From NCBI GenBank assembly GCA_030295235.1, contig AP026149.1:372001-436000 (forward strand): DNA of 64,000 nucleotides, written 5' to 3'. This stretch comes from Fistulifera solaris. Taxonomy: Eukaryota. A program made the position numbers and the translations under genes. Below the pieces are notes generated by a model, which did no database searches, was not told the DNA's origin, and worked only from the letters and a program-made list of their open reading frames with translations. Positions 23,028 to 36,222 of this stretch are shown piece by piece (within the stretch, counting starts at the first letter, position 1; the number at the start of each line of letters is the position of its first letter).

Positions 23028-25932
23028 TTAGTAGGACCTACCCCATAGTACCCAGCACGTCGCCACTTTGCCACTCGCAATACACATGGTACCCTCTGGG
23101 AGCTCCGGCTGATTAAACGGAATACACAAAGTCTTGGCAGCAACACTCGTTGCCGTCTTTTCGTCTTCGCCGTCTTGACCAAGAGTCTTCAAACTTTCCT
23201 CTCGGCTCGTCTTCTTCACCCAATCTTCCCAGTCTTGGTGTTCGCCACCACACCATGGCGTTAATACTAAGTTATGTTTTTCCAAATTGGGAACAAAGTC
23301 CTTCCACTCAGTTACTTTGACAACGTGTGCGTCACGCGCTTCTTTCGCTTTAATGAACATGGCGCTTTGGATTTCATCCAGTTTGGCTTTAAGACGCGCG
23401 CCTAGACCTTCAATAGGGAAATCCACCTTTTCCCCGTTGTGGCGGACAACAACGCGAGCGCTCTTATTCTCGATATCGCGGGGACCGACCTCGACTCGAA
23501 TTGGGACACCCTTTTGTTCCCAATGGTTGTACTTCCAGCCCGGATTGTACAAATCGCGATCGTCATATTTAACGCGGATACCACACGCCTTTAGGTCCGC
23601 TCGAATCGCTTCACAGTATGGTGCAGCATCAGCGGCGCTCAAATGTTTGCTGATAATAGCCACAATCACAACCTGCAACGGGGCCACGCGCGGAGGCAAC
23701 ACTAAACCAGTGTCATCTCCATGGACCATCACCATCACACCTAGAGTTCGTGTTGTCAGCCCCCATGATGTCTGCCAAGCAGTCTGTGTCTCTCCCTTAT
23801 CATCCTGAAATGTAATGTCGAACATTTTTCCAAAGTTTTGGCCCAGATGGTGGGATGTGGCGCCCTGAATTGCTCGACCAGATCCAGCAATGTACGCTTC
23901 CACAGTTGTAGTTCGGTAGCCCCCGGCAAACTTTTCAGCTTCAGTCTTGTATCCAGGAATTACAGGAACCGCCAGCAAGTCTTCGTATACTTGGCGATAC
24001 AATTCGAGCGCATCCATTACCATCTTTTCAGCGTCTTCGAATGTAGCATGAGCAGTATGACCTTCTTGCCACAAGAATTCACGTGTTCGTAAGAATGGGG
24101 TGGGGTATTTGAACTCCCAACGCACCACGTTTGCCCACTGATTCAACTTGAGCGGGAGATCGCGGTGACTGCGAATCCAATCGGAATAAGCGGGATACAT
24201 GATTGTCTCAGAAGTTGGACGGATGGCAATAGGATTTTCAAGATCTCCATCGCCCGATTTGGTCACCCATGCAACTTCAGGTGCAAAACCTTCCACATGA
24301 TCTTTTTCCTTCTCTAAGCGGCTTTTTGATACGAACATGGGAAAATATGTGTTTTCAACTCCCAAATCTTCCTGGATGCGCTCGTTGAACCACAACTGAA
24401 TAAGTTCCCACATTTTATAAGACCAGGGGCGTAGAATGTAACATCCCGAAATATCGTAGTAGGATATCATCTCGGAAAGTACAATAACATCCGTGTACCA
24501 GTTGGGAAAATTCTCGGTTTTCTTCCACTGCAAAGCCAACAATGTCTCTCCTTTCTTGGCGGTCTTCTTATCGGCAACTTCCTTTTTCGCCTTTGGTTCC
24601 TGTTGTGCTTTTGGCTCTTTAGACGGAGCAGGCGCATTCGGATCGACTTCCGCAAACTCCAAAAGGACAGGCTCCACTCCAACGTTTTGCAGAGCATCCT
24701 TCATTGCCTGCGGCGTCATTTGGACGGACATATCGTTGCGGAGAGGATGCGAATGAACAAACGAGTAGTTGTCGAAAAGAGCCTTGTCCATGACCAAGGT
24801 GATTTTATCCGCAGATACTTCATCATTAGCTTTCTTCACATTGACTCCATCTTGAATGACGCACAATGGACCCACGCTTCCCGGCTTGACCCGCAAAAGC
24901 TCATCCAACACCGCCGCATCCGCCATTCGCAAGTTGGTTTTACCCGCTAGTTTCAAATCGTGCCCCAAATTTTTGGTGTTCACATTCGCCGTGGGACGCA
25001 CTGTGACGAGGAATAGTCCATGCTTCTTATCACGCAGAAACAAGTTCTTGGTGTGAGTGTGGGTACGGTCGGGAAGAGGAACTTTGGAAACGAGCTCTTC
25101 CGCCGTGTTGCACGAGTCATGAGAATATGCCGTGTGTTCGATCGCCATGTCCATGAGCTTCTTTAGAACAGTATTGTTCTCATCCACGGCGACCACCGGA
25201 GTAGCCGGAGCTGAAGCAGCAACAGGAAGAGGCATTTCCAAAGGACTCGCGGTGCCCTCCGTCAACGCATCAGCCCATCCCCTCAAAGTCACTTTGAGCG
25301 CTTCATCAGAAAGGCACGCTTGTAGTTTGTCCAATACAGTCTTGCACCAACGGTGTGCTTGTTGAGGAAGTTCCTTCACTTGCACAGTGTGACAGACTCC
25401 GGCCACCGCGACGGCGGTGACAGCATCTGCCGCTGTTGCCACATCCCCGACCAAAACCGTTTTATGATTTTGAAACAAATGCTTTTCAATCTCCATCAAA
25501 AAGTCTTCCACGGCAGCTACAAATAGTGGTTCTGTCTTTTCTGTGTGTTTGTTGCGAGGGAGAAAAGTGAGCTGACAAACATAATGTAAGAAACTAGTAG
25601 AGTCTAGCGATGTACTAAACTCACCTTGTCGAAGAACGGGAAGTAAAGTTTGATCGACGGACTCAATCCAACTATCGACAGCAGCTTGTTGTGCGGGAGT
25701 CGATCCCAGCAAGGCCGAATTGCCTTTCAACAAAAGACGCACGGCTCCCGACAAGCCAACCGCGGAAAATTCTTGGCTGACATCGGTAAACGAATGCTTC
25801 ACCGTCTGAACCAAGGAGCACTTGTTGCCTTCTTCTTTAAAAAGTCAAATCAGCATTGGTCAGTTGCGCGACGATCTGGATGAGGGTGGCATCGATGCCA
25901 CTGGCTTGGCCAACAAATGTAGTTGTTTGCAT
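23028..25932 (-). CDS. ProRS: Cytosolic prolyl-tRNA synthetase with N-terminal GST_C-like and YbaK/ProX editing domains
   Basis: EGFAPEVAWV, IRPTSETIMY, FLRTREFLWQEGHTAH, QGATSHHLGQNF, SWGLTTR, C-terminal WGRSY; TKNLFLRDKK and GSVGPL mark the YbaK domain. Likely ATG at 25932 with an extra T near 25840; in-frame intron 25624-25541. Confidence 0.95.
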
Positions 25933-26382
25933 GGCGACTTTCGTTCTCTCTTTTTTTTAATAAAAAAGCAAGAAAAGGAAAGCACGGGCCCTTTCGTTTA
26001 CGATTGCTGCAGCACAAACTCCCAACGAGAGCGAAAAGAGACGAGCTTTTGGCTTGTTGTTAACTGCAGATTACTGTTTTGTTGATCCTTAACGGCGATA
26101 AATGCCGCGATGCGGAGGAATAAAAAACAAACGCGCTCAATTATTAACAATACTTGTACGTACCAAAACATACGGCTGGCGATGAGTGCAAATACCCTCC
26201 GGGTCTTTTTGGTGAAATAAATAGGTTCAAACTCGCCCTTTGACGGGCGCTGACAGACACGATGTATGTCCGCTGGCCGGTGAATATTTTAGTAGAGCGG
26301 TAACCGCACTCATCGTATTGTCAACAACAAGTCAAATAGTCCGACGACTGTTTGTTGCTGGTCATCTTGATTGTAACGCTCG

Positions 26383-26654
26383 GTAAGTAGCCTTTTATGC
26401 CATTGAATCGAAAAGAAAAAGGAATAATCAAGAATTAGCAAAGCAAGGTAAATGGAGGGATACAGCCGAAGTTAGCGAAGAATCAGTAAACGGTGCCTGG
26501 GGAAAAATTCCGAACTCAATCTGCTCCTCGTGCTGTTGTTGTTCTGCGGCATTTGTATTTTTGTTACTCGCAATGGCCTTCTGAGAAGTTTTAATCATTT
26601 TAGTAAGCTCGTACTTACCCTGAGTCTTTCTTATCACAGAATTTTTTTTTGTAG
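26383..26654 (+). other. Probable 5'UTR intron of RPS21
   Basis: GTAAGT donor at 26383; polypyrimidine TTTTTTTTTGTAG acceptor ending 9 nt before the ATG. Confidence 0.55.
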
Positions 26655-26663
26655 ACAATCACA

Positions 26664-26918
26664 ATGCAGAACGAAAGCGGACAAAACGTGGACTTGTACG
26701 TCCCTCGCAAATGCTCTTACACCAACCGCCTTATCCAGGCGAAGGATCATGCTGCCGTACAAATCAATGTTGCCAATGTAGACCCGGTTACCGGAATCAT
26801 GACGGGTGATAGCAATGTCTACTGCTTGGCCGGATACATCCGATTCAAGAGCGAAGGAGACATGGCACTTACCTCGCTGGTACGAGCCAAAGATGCGGCT
26901 GCCGTCGGTTCAAGTTAA
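26664..26918 (+). CDS. RPS21: 40S ribosomal protein S21 (eS21)
   Basis: MQNESGQNVDLYVPRKCSYTNRLIQAKDHAAVQINV. Confidence 0.97.
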   Translation: MQNESGQNVDLYVPRKCSYTNRLIQAKDHAAVQINVANVDPVTGIMTGDSNVYCLAGYIRFKSEGDMALTSLVRAKDAAAVGSS

Positions 26919-27284
26919 ATAACAACTTGTATAATGAATTCTAAATCCAAATCTTACTCTATACGATATGAGGTGTATATTTCTTGCCGACTAGGACTTG
27001 GTTCATATTCATGACAACTGCGTCCCTTGAGTTAACGGTAGTAAGGAAGCGTCTACAGTGGCAAAATGCACTAGGAGAAAAGCAGGCTCAGAATACGGAG
27101 TATAAGGCGATAGAAGAATAAATTTTGCCTAGAAAGTATTTAGATTGCTGTGCTCGCATTTTCTTGAGTTCTCAGCATCGTGTAATACAATCAAAGACTA
27201 GTGAAGGGATCGGCGATTATAATCTAAAGCAAGGAGTCACATGAACTCTCCGTTTCCAATCCCAGTAGCCATCATAACACCAGT

Positions 27285-27718
27285 CTAAAGAAGTAGTGTC
27301 GGTTCACCGCCTTCACTTTCCTCGTCCAGCATCGGTAGCAAAATTTGACTGTCAATATTCCCAGCTTCTTTCGCCGACGCCTCCCAGTCATCTTGTTCAC
27401 CGTACATTTCCTTCTTTTCGCGTGCAACACGCATCCAATCTTCTTCAGTGGCTTGACCCTCGGCACTGGCGAGTTTAGCCTCGTTACGTGCCCGAGCGGC
27501 TGCCAAATAGTCGGCTTCTGATGTGGGATATCTGGAGCGGAGTTGGTTCATTTTTGGGCAATCTCTTCTTGAGAAAGGAGTAATCGTCTTTGTTCGCCAT
27601 TTCCATCGTCTGAGAGCTTTCGAATTAAAAGAGCGCGCGGATTATGTACCGGAAAAGGTGCAAAGGCTGCCGCAACCTCCATCATGAGAAAGAACAAAAT
27701 TGTGAACTGAGAGTGCAT
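27285..27718 (-). CDS. Small plastid-targeted hypothetical protein
   Basis: ATG 27718 gives MHSQFTILFFLMMEVAAA-FAPFP (ASAFAP motif). It joins ORF 27285-27551 if one A is added to the run near 27553. Confidence 0.7.
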
Positions 27719-28180
27719 GGCTGATATAAAGCTATGTGGTCCAGGAATGAGGACGTCCTTTCTACGCGTGACGGAGATTTCAAATAAAAAGGGAGAGAGA
27801 GCTTATTTTAGTTCCAGACGAAACGTTTGCTCAATTCAGTTGATAGCAATAACATTTATTACTTTTACGCATCCCCATCATCGTCGATCGCGCTGCGTGC
27901 GTTTTGCAATTTATTTGCGCCCATCGTTGTCGTTTTGTTCATGACTCAGGATTCATGAATGACATCCATATGATGATGATGAGGTCGAGTACCGGAACTG
28001 TGAGGGGTATTGCCGTTTCGAGTACAAATGCGCGCCGGCAGGGACGAAAAAAATCACAAAACCGCCGACATGAAAATTCTTGCACCTCTTTTTTTCTTTC
28101 CTTCAGTTTTCTCGTGAAAAGGCAATGGAAGACGAGAGGACGGACAATAGCGTCATGCATACGATGTTCCATTGACAACG

Positions 28181-29729
28181 ATGATGATTCAACTTGAAGC
28201 GAGAAAAGGACTTCTTTGGGCTACAGCAGGCCTTCTTGCCGCTGCGTTCTGCATGCTGTTGATCCATCTCAATCAAGATCCCTTGAGTTCTGTCATTCAA
28301 GCAAGCGAAGTCGTCTCTCACAATGTTATGTGTCGTCTAGTGGTGATGGAGACCGTATATGAGTCGGAAAAAGAAGATACTGATGAAATTATATGTGTAC
28401 CTCTGGTTAACGGCAAAGAAAGTAGTTTAGAAATCCAGCTTTCCTTGCCACAGTTTATCCTCGACAACGGGGAATATTCACGAAAACTCCAACAAGGTCA
28501 ATTATATGCAAACATCACGAATGCGACAATCAGTCATGGGGAACTTCGACTATCACACGATTCTACTTTTGATGCGATCGATTATTCTCCATCACATTCC
28601 CGGCGTCTCAGCGAGAAATCTGCGACTACAGGTACACTAACGATAGCCATCATTCGTATTTCAACCATCGATTCAGAGCCCTCTGTATCACGAGAGCAGT
28701 TGCTATCGCTTTTCGACGACAGTGAAGAAACCGTTTCGTTTCCTTCCCAGTTCAAAAAGTGCTCAGCTGGGAGATTAACATGGGAACCAGTCGACGTTTT
28801 CGATGTTTCCGTCAATCAGCCTTTATCCGATTTCAGTTCTGGGGCGTCTATCGTTCACGCAGCAATCAATCAAGTTCAATATGATATGAATGTTGAAGAT
28901 ATTACCTTCATTGCCGATCGTATCATGTTTTGCACTCCTCCAGGAACTGGGTCGTGGGTAGCGTCGGCTGGCTTGTACCATTGGAGGGCCCAGTTCAACG
29001 ACGATTGGTGTCTCTCCATTACAGCCGCTATGCATGAGTTGTCACACACAATTGGCCTCTTGCATTCCAATAAAGACGGCGTGAAGTATGCCGATACTAC
29101 CGGAAATATGGCCAAGTCATTTCGGACAAGTGATGCACCGTTGCGGTGTTTCAATGGGCGAAACAACCACTACTCGGATGGTATCATGATCGAGAAGTGG
29201 TGATTGATCCCTGAAAACGTTTCCGGAGCTAATCAAGCTCGCGGCGTTTGTGGATTTTACGAGAACCGCGGAAGACGAGCCTGTCCTTGTTACACTCCCA
29301 GGAAATTTACACATCCAATTCAACCGCGCAAAAAAATACAATTCAGGCACAGGGCTCTATCAGGATATGGTGACAATAACAGGCGAGGGTCTCGCGGGGA
29401 CCGAGTTAGTCGCTGGACTAGGTGTCGGCGACCAATTGATTGTGGAATCGTTTCAGAACACTGTAGCTGATCTTTTAATTGAGGTGTGCGAATGGATAAA
29501 AAATGATAATGGCGTCGATATCATGATGATCAGCGTGGGCATAGGACCTTCGACATGTGAAAGCGGAATTACCTCTCGCAACACGATTAACTACCGTTTT
29601 CCGGCGCACGAACAGTCTCAAAACACTAGTGAACATCAAGTGTCAGTTGATTGCGCAGTCAAAGGGTTGTGTAAATTCTCTAATCGTTTAAAAGTCTGGG
29701 GCTCAAATGTAGGAACGAATTTGCCATGA
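28181..29729 (+). CDS. Gametolysin-like (peptidase M11) zinc metalloprotease
   Basis: N-terminal TM/signal segment, RRL propeptide end, MHELSHTIGLLHS zinc motif, Y.D.TG.M Met-turn, CFNG. LGWY and KLAAFVDF continue in shifted frames (indels ~29165-29215). Confidence 0.75.
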
Positions 29730-29759
29730 AAAGCGCAGCGATAACATATAACGTATAAA

Positions 29760-30576
29760 TCATTGCTTCATTCCTTCAGCTCTTTTCTTTTGAATACCAT
29801 CATACAATCCCTTGGCACCGGCAAGCGTGCTAAAGCCAATGTAGGAATAGAAGATTACTTCGCCCCCTTTCTGGATGTTTGTTTTCTGTTTGACAATCCA
29901 TTTGTTTCCGTCGTTCCACCGAATTCCATCTACATCTTCATATCCTAGATGTGTGTTCGCGGAGTTTGCGGGCTCCCAAACCTGCAAGAGATGTCTCAAG
30001 TTGAGATGACTATCCAACAGAGAAGCCAACATTGTACAGAAAGACCAAGATCTAACTTACACCCTCGTGCATCCCATCGCCTGCCGATATTTTGTTTCCT
30101 GGTAAAACCTCCCCATAAAATTCTCCCCGACGGAATTTATACTTCCGGATTTCTTCTTTCGAACAGCCGCGAAGAACTGGATCATCTTTCGGCCCAACGG
30201 CGGTTCCGGTGTAATGAAATGTTTTTCCGTCGTCCAAGACCTCGATTCGTCGGTTGCAAAGAGGGTGTAAAGGATCCGAGTACTCGTGATTGAAAACACT
30301 ATCAAAAGCATGAGAAGGACTTGCGAGTTGAGTCGAAAGTAGCAACGAAATGAAAGTTACTTTGCATGATTCGGAAAGAAAAGTGTTTGTCTTGACCGCT
30401 TTCAAAGATGCGGTACTTTGAGGCAAAACAAATTGATGGTTCGTTCGAGATGTAGTAACTGCATTGAGAGGGTTGCCAAGGAATGCTTGGCACCTTGGCG
30501 CGCCGACGGCTACCAAAAAGCCGATTCCGCAGTACAATAGCCTCATAACTTTTCTTGTTGTCATTTGTCGAAGCAT
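29760..30576 (-). CDS. Plastid-targeted conserved hypothetical protein
   Basis: Signal peptide with CQA-FL cleavage and a second hydrophobic segment ending SHA-F; YSDPLHPLC.R.I and GIRWNDGNKW motifs; intron 30060-29982. Confidence 0.7.
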
Positions 30577-32504
30577 AATTATGATGACAACAAATAAAAT
30601 ATCTTTCTTTCCGAAAAAAAAAACGAGATCGATTTGAACGACGAGATCGCGGCGACTCAGTCACACAGAAGTTGCGTGACGTCACTGTAGTTCAAGGTGT
30701 AGTCGGAACGACAAATAGATTTTAGTCATAAACATTTTGGACTCTCCTCAAGTCGACGGCTATTTCAAACGTCCGTTCACTATCATTTTTGGTATGCTGA
30801 TTGTCGTTATGATGAAGCCATCAAAATCTCAAGCAATTGCAATGAACCTCTTGCCTTTTCATGTCCTCTGTAGAGCAATTGCTGAAAGCCATGAATGAGA
30901 AGTGATTGTTACCAGGTACTGTCGAGCAGAACTAATTAGGGTGAAGGCTTCCACGAGTGCATTAGAATTCAGACTCATCAATCCAGATTCAGCCTAGACA
31001 GACAGCACTTTAACACTTGTTGCTTCTATTAGCTTGGTGAGTTATCTGTGCCTTTTTCATAAAACAATGTCTCCAGAAGCCATTGCATTGTACGCCTCGC
31101 AAGCAGGTCGACAATCCTGGGGATGGTTGTTGCCCGTTTTTACTATAGATTCAAAGTGAAGGCGACCTTTCTCAGCCATGACTGCATTTTCCAGTCATGC
31201 AATCTCGAAACGCGACAACGATTGCGATGAAGAATACCAGTCGGTTATACCTTTTGTCTTTTCTTACTTCCATCAGTAACAGGATGTCCTCTAAAATAAG
31301 AATGACGTGAAGAGAAATGAAGCAGACGGAGAAGCTCGAGGAAGCGACTCCCGCAGCAAAACGAAAAACAAAGTCAACATTTCTTGTCAGCAATCGTCGC
31401 CATCGGCTCTTTGCCATCTCTCCCGATGTAAATGAGGAGACTGCGTCGAAATATAAGGAAAAGTGAAGCGATAAACGCGCAACTGACACGCCTGAAAAAG
31501 AGGATGCATCAAAGAATGGAGGTGACGGAGAGAATGATGATCTTGTCTGCTATCGGGGCAGTGCTGCTTATGCCGTACTGAAACACATCAATCACGACGA
31601 GCCCGACGAAGAGATTTCGTTCTCTAAACTTCCGGAGGATTCCCAATCGAAGCTATATATCAAGAATGGAGATTAGACCCTGCCGCAATTGATGATTTAG
31701 CGGAAATAGTTTCGTTACCCTTTCCGGTATTCCATCACTCGAGAGAGAGTCACCAGCAACACGCGAGGCCGGCTACTATTCGACGAAACGAAGTGCTGCC
31801 ACAAGAGAAAATTTCCGCAATCGGAGATGATGTGCTCGTGTATCAACGCAATCGTAAAATTGGATCAGGTGCCTACCATCAACGATTGGTTTCGAAGCAA
31901 CGCGAGGATGGTTCTAACAACCGTGTAATCTCTTGGTAAAAGGAACAATAATAGATGCGATTCTGGAATCGCTATTTGTTGTGAAATCCAGCGACCTTAA
32001 GATTACGTGGCAGGTTCCATCGTCGGACATATTTCACGCAAACTCCGCAACGACGAGGAAAGAAAGTTACAGCCGAAAAAGAATTAGAGACGCCTTCATG
32101 GATTGCTTGACTTATGAGCTTCGGTAATTTACTCTTTGACTCATAACTATGTCGCCCTGGTCATATTAGTAGTGCTTGTCTAATTGTCTCCTCTCACATA
32201 AATCAGGAAAAAAGCGATTCACGAGTGGACTCGGGTCCTTATGCTAGTGTGTCCACCTTGACGAAATCGTTAGCATCAGATGCCTTTCGAAAGAAACAAC
32301 GCGTACAAAAACTCGTTTGAATAATGGTCAGACGAATTTCACAAGAGATTTCTTCTCTGATGACCATTAATTAACTTGCAGTCCATTAGGTATCGCGCAC
32401 ATCTTCTCAATAAAGGGCATCACCATTGTAGCTAGAACTGAATCAGAGAAGGTTACTATATTTCTAACGTTTATGAATCAGTTTGTTCTACAAGTGTCTT
32501 CACC

Positions 32505-33125
32505 TCATCTGTTTGTTAGCGAAGGGCGGCTTGCGCTTTTTAATATAGTTTTCTTTTCTTGCAAGAAATTAAACCATTCATTGTAATGTTCTTTGCGAAT
32601 GTAATGGAAGGGCACATGACCCCTGACGTCTGTTACATATAGAAGTCCTGGCTCCTTCTGTAAAATATACTCAACAAGATCATAGCGAGGCTTTGACGTC
32701 CAGCAGGCATCATGCAAAGGTGTGCGGCCATAATCATCTCGTACGCGAAGTGAAACACCGGCTTCTTCTGTCAGAAACTTTACTGGTTCTAATTCTCCCC
32801 TTCTGCATAGCATATGAATAAGAGATTCCCCGAATCGATTACAGCAAGTTAGGCTATTCCCCTCCGCATGAAGTTTCCGGAGTAGTGCTGTATCACCCGA
32901 TCTAGCCGCTTTGACAACTTCGACAGTATAAGATTCGATCATTTGCTCTGACGGTTTTATAAATTCGACATCAACGGGAAAGTCCTTCGAAAAACGAGAA
33001 ACGAGATTCACAGGGTCGCTGTTGCCGACACACGTCTGCTCCAGCCTCCGTTTTTTTCCGGCATTTACCAAAGTTGTCAAAATGACGGCTTGCTTGTGTA
33101 TTACTTGCTGAGGACCTGGATCCAT
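32505..33125 (-). CDS. Ankyrin-repeat protein (diatom type)
   Basis: CNRFGESLIHMLCRRG, RDDYGRTPLHDACW, DVRGHVPFHY. Start codon uncertain. Confidence 0.8.
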   Translation of the reverse strand: MDPGPQQVIHKQAVILTTLVNAGKKRRLEQTCVGNSDPVNLVSRFSKDFPVDVEFIKPSEQMIESYTVEVVKAARSGDTALLRKLHAEGNSLTCCNRFGESLIHMLCRRGELEPVKFLTEEAGVSLRVRDDYGRTPLHDACWTSKPRYDLVEYILQKEPGLLYVTDVRGHVPFHYIRKEHYNEWFNFLQEKKTILKSASRPSLTNR

Positions 33126-33743
33126 GTTGTTACTTTTAAACACTTCTTTCTATTGCTTTCATTCATTCGTATTGAAAAACACGAAGGCCCGTGGAGAAAA
33201 AAATCCAGACAACAAGAAAACGTTACGTTGTCAAGTGCCGATGGTGGAAATTTTTTCACATATATATTTTATTCCTACGCTGCTTGCTAAAATGGAAAAG
33301 GTTGCAGCGAAGTTGAAGGATGCGTACTTGAAAAAGCTACAAAACAGCTTTGAAGGGAAGTGAGTATTGTCGAAATTGTATGAGTTGGTGGCATACGGTA
33401 CTGGAATCACAAAGCAAAGCCGGTGAAACTACGTGGCCATGTTGCCACATACCCCCTCTTTCTTACATTACAGATGACAGTCGACCGATGACACTCACCA
33501 CGTTGGATACAATGATGACGCTGCTATGTCCGTTTAAAATATAATGATGATGATTCCGGATTCCCAATGCTATGTGGTCTGGTTGTCGTCACTCCTCATC
33601 TGCTCCGCCTTATTTTTTTCGCGCAGTTTCGCACACATCATTCTTTTTCGCGACCGTTGACCGCCCTCCACATCGAACTGAAAAGCAATGAACCATCGTC
33701 AAATAACGAAGTCGCGACATTTAAAACTAGATATCTATTCGTG

Positions 33744-34961
33744 ATGAAAACCTTCCTTTCGTCGCGCGCCCTTGTGTGCGTTCTATTTGCGCTTTTGCTT
33801 TCTGCAACAACGTCCGTTGCCACAAACGAGCACAACACCGAGAGTGAGAGTACAACAGCTTCCTCTTCCGACGAAGATAGACAACAAACTGCAAAAACTT
33901 CCACCGAGTCTGATTTCGACCCCTCTAACGAGGACTGGGGGTCTTATTATGATCCGCAGAATATCTTTTGCGGAAAATTTGACTGTTACAAAATTCTTGG
34001 CTTCGACTATGAATCGTTTGGCAAAGTAAAACCGGATACCAAAGAGATTACCAAGAGATACCGACAGCTTTCGCGTGAATGGCATCCCGATAAAAGTAAA
34101 CACAAAAATGCTAAAGAGCGCTTTGTGAAGATCGCACGTGCTTATGAAGTTCTAACGGACCGGGAGCAGCGAAAAGAATATGATGATTTGCGGTATAATC
34201 AAGAGGCTTACTTTATGAAGTACGGATCGTCTGTTTTGTGGTCATATGCCCCGCAAACAGACACTACGATTGTGGTGATTGTTCTCTTCTTATTGGGAAA
34301 CATAGCTTCATGGTATATGCAGAAGCACCGATGGCAAATGGTCGCCAACCGGCTCATTAAGGCTGCTCTCGAGGACTGGACCCCCAGCCAAGGAGGAACT
34401 GCTGAGAGCAAACAACTTCGCGAAGAAGCTCTAGCTCTTCTTGCCGAGCGGGAAGAATCGCCGGGAGAAAGTGCGGAAACCACTCCGACAAAGTCTGGCA
34501 AACAGAAAGCAGCCGGCAAAGCAAAGCAAAAACTCTCATTGAAAGACAAGAAAAAGCTGGAACAGGATGCATTAGAACCAATTATCACTGAACTTGTAAA
34601 CAATATTAAAGACTTCGGTGGTGGCTTTCACCAACCAACGTGGAAGGATTTAATGGTAGTTGGCTTGGTCAAGCTACCTACGAAAATTACTGCTGGAATC
34701 GTTTGGGAGACCAAATACTGGATCAGAAGGGCGCGTAATATAGAACTGAGCGACGAAGAAAAGGAAGTTCTTACTGAAAGGGCAGTAGGCACGGTTGCTT
34801 GGGATATTGCTTCCGAAGAAGATCGCGAAGAAATGCTGAAACGACAGCTCTGGATCAAGGAGAACTTAATCGACTGGAAAGAAGACCAAGAGATCAGAAA
34901 TCTGAGCGCCGCTGATCAAAAGTACTACAACAAGCTAAAGAAAAAAGGTAAACTCGAGTAA
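33744..34961 (+). CDS. ER DnaJ-domain membrane protein (DNAJC25-like)
   Basis: Signal peptide; FCG..DCY.ILG, WHPDK, F.KIARAYEVL, downstream TM segment. Confidence 0.85.
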   Translation: MKTFLSSRALVCVLFALLLSATTSVATNEHNTESESTTASSSDEDRQQTAKTSTESDFDPSNEDWGSYYDPQNIFCGKFDCYKILGFDYESFGKVKPDTKEITKRYRQLSREWHPDKSKHKNAKERFVKIARAYEVLTDREQRKEYDDLRYNQEAYFMKYGSSVLWSYAPQTDTTIVVIVLFLLGNIASWYMQKHRWQMVANRLIKAALEDWTPSQGGTAESKQLREEALALLAEREESPGESAETTPTKSGKQKAAGKAKQKLSLKDKKKLEQDALEPIITELVNNIKDFGGGFHQPTWKDLMVVGLVKLPTKITAGIVWETKYWIRRARNIELSDEEKEVLTERAVGTVAWDIASEEDREEMLKRQLWIKENLIDWKEDQEIRNLSAADQKYYNKLKKKGKLE

Positions 34962-35250
34962 GCATAATAAAGAAAATCCTATTGCGTCTCGGTTAGGTTG
35001 CTGCACGTATAGAGCAGAGTCCCAAAGTGGCCATTAGTCGCGTAGATGCGCTTTTTCGAAAGTTCTTTATTTTGATTCTGAAAGACTTTTTTAGAATAAG
35101 AAGAAACAGGTATCCAATTCAAAAAATGCTTAAAGACCGTCGCGTCGATATCTATTATTACATAGGATAAAAAGTTAGGAGTCGTTTAGAAATTTATTCT
35201 TCGTAATATGGTCTTCTCACTTCTCCGAGGACACAATCTTAGTTTTTAAG

Positions 35251-35769
35251 TTAGTTCTGAGGTCGGTTCGGATTCATATCACCAAGATCGATCGTTTTGG
35301 AAGCCGCGTTACCTGTTACGGAATAACGAGATAAATCTTCTTGTCCAACGGGCACTTGCGCGAAGAAAAAGAGAAATACGGCCATAGCTACAGTCGCAAA
35401 AACAGGAACAAGCTTCCCACCGACACTTGTTTCTTCGTTTTTGTCGAGTATCTGTGCTTCAATCAAATCTGATTCCGATAGCAGCATGTCTTTCCCTCGT
35501 ATTTTCTCTAATACTCTCTCGTCGACCGCATATTTCTGGAGCTCTTCGTCCGTTTTCGATTTAATCTTTTTGACAGTCCCCTCTGAAACATCCCCTTCTT
35601 TTAGTTTGCGAAGTTGCTCTTCAAGCCTAGCGATTTCCTCCTCTCGGCTGCTGCTCAGCCTGCAACTTGTGACACGAGAAATCGGACGCAATGTCTGTTT
35701 CCGCACCGAAAAGGCTTGAATCGGCGCAAACAAGAACATCAGCGTCACCCAACAAACAACACAATGCAT
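35251..35769 (-). CDS. Plastid-targeted hypothetical membrane protein
   Basis: Signal peptide IQA-FSV, Arg/Ser-rich transit peptide, coiled coil, single TM. Confidence 0.65.
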   Translation of the reverse strand: MHCVVCWVTLMFLFAPIQAFSVRKQTLRPISRVTSCRLSSSREEEIARLEEQLRKLKEGDVSEGTVKKIKSKTDEELQKYAVDERVLEKIRGKDMLLSESDLIEAQILDKNEETSVGGKLVPVFATVAMAVFLFFFAQVPVGQEDLSRYSVTGNAASKTIDLGDMNPNRPQN

Positions 35770-36222
35770 GATCCTTTTCGGTAAAAAGAAAAAGTCGATT
35801 TTCCAATGGTCTCGCCTAAGAGAAGAATTAACAAATAAGGAAAGCGCGGCGCTCGTCGTAAATAAAACCTTTTTTAATGTGACAATAATGACGTCATCCT
35901 AGACCTACTACTCCCCGTATTATATATTGCATCTTAGACTCCTCGTTGTCATGATAGGATCCGAACAACCGGATCTAAAGCCTTTGCGGTAAACTTATCC
36001 CATATCAAAAAACTACTTGATTGAGCAGAACCGCATGCAGATTCAGTTGTAGAGGAGCAACGGTTTTTTTGCAACGTTATGTAGCTATCTCGGATATAAA
36101 ATGCGAAACTTTAAAAAATCGAAAGTGAGCTGCACACACGTAAGATCTATTACTGTATAATTTAGCCCGCAACCACATGTTTACAATTCAACAAGATCGT
36201 GCACTAATTGTTTATTTGGTGG

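Noticed and set aside
26383..26654. snoRNA hosted in the RPS21 leader intron
   Set aside because: No convincing C box paired with a D box, and no H/ACA double hairpin, could be identified by eye.
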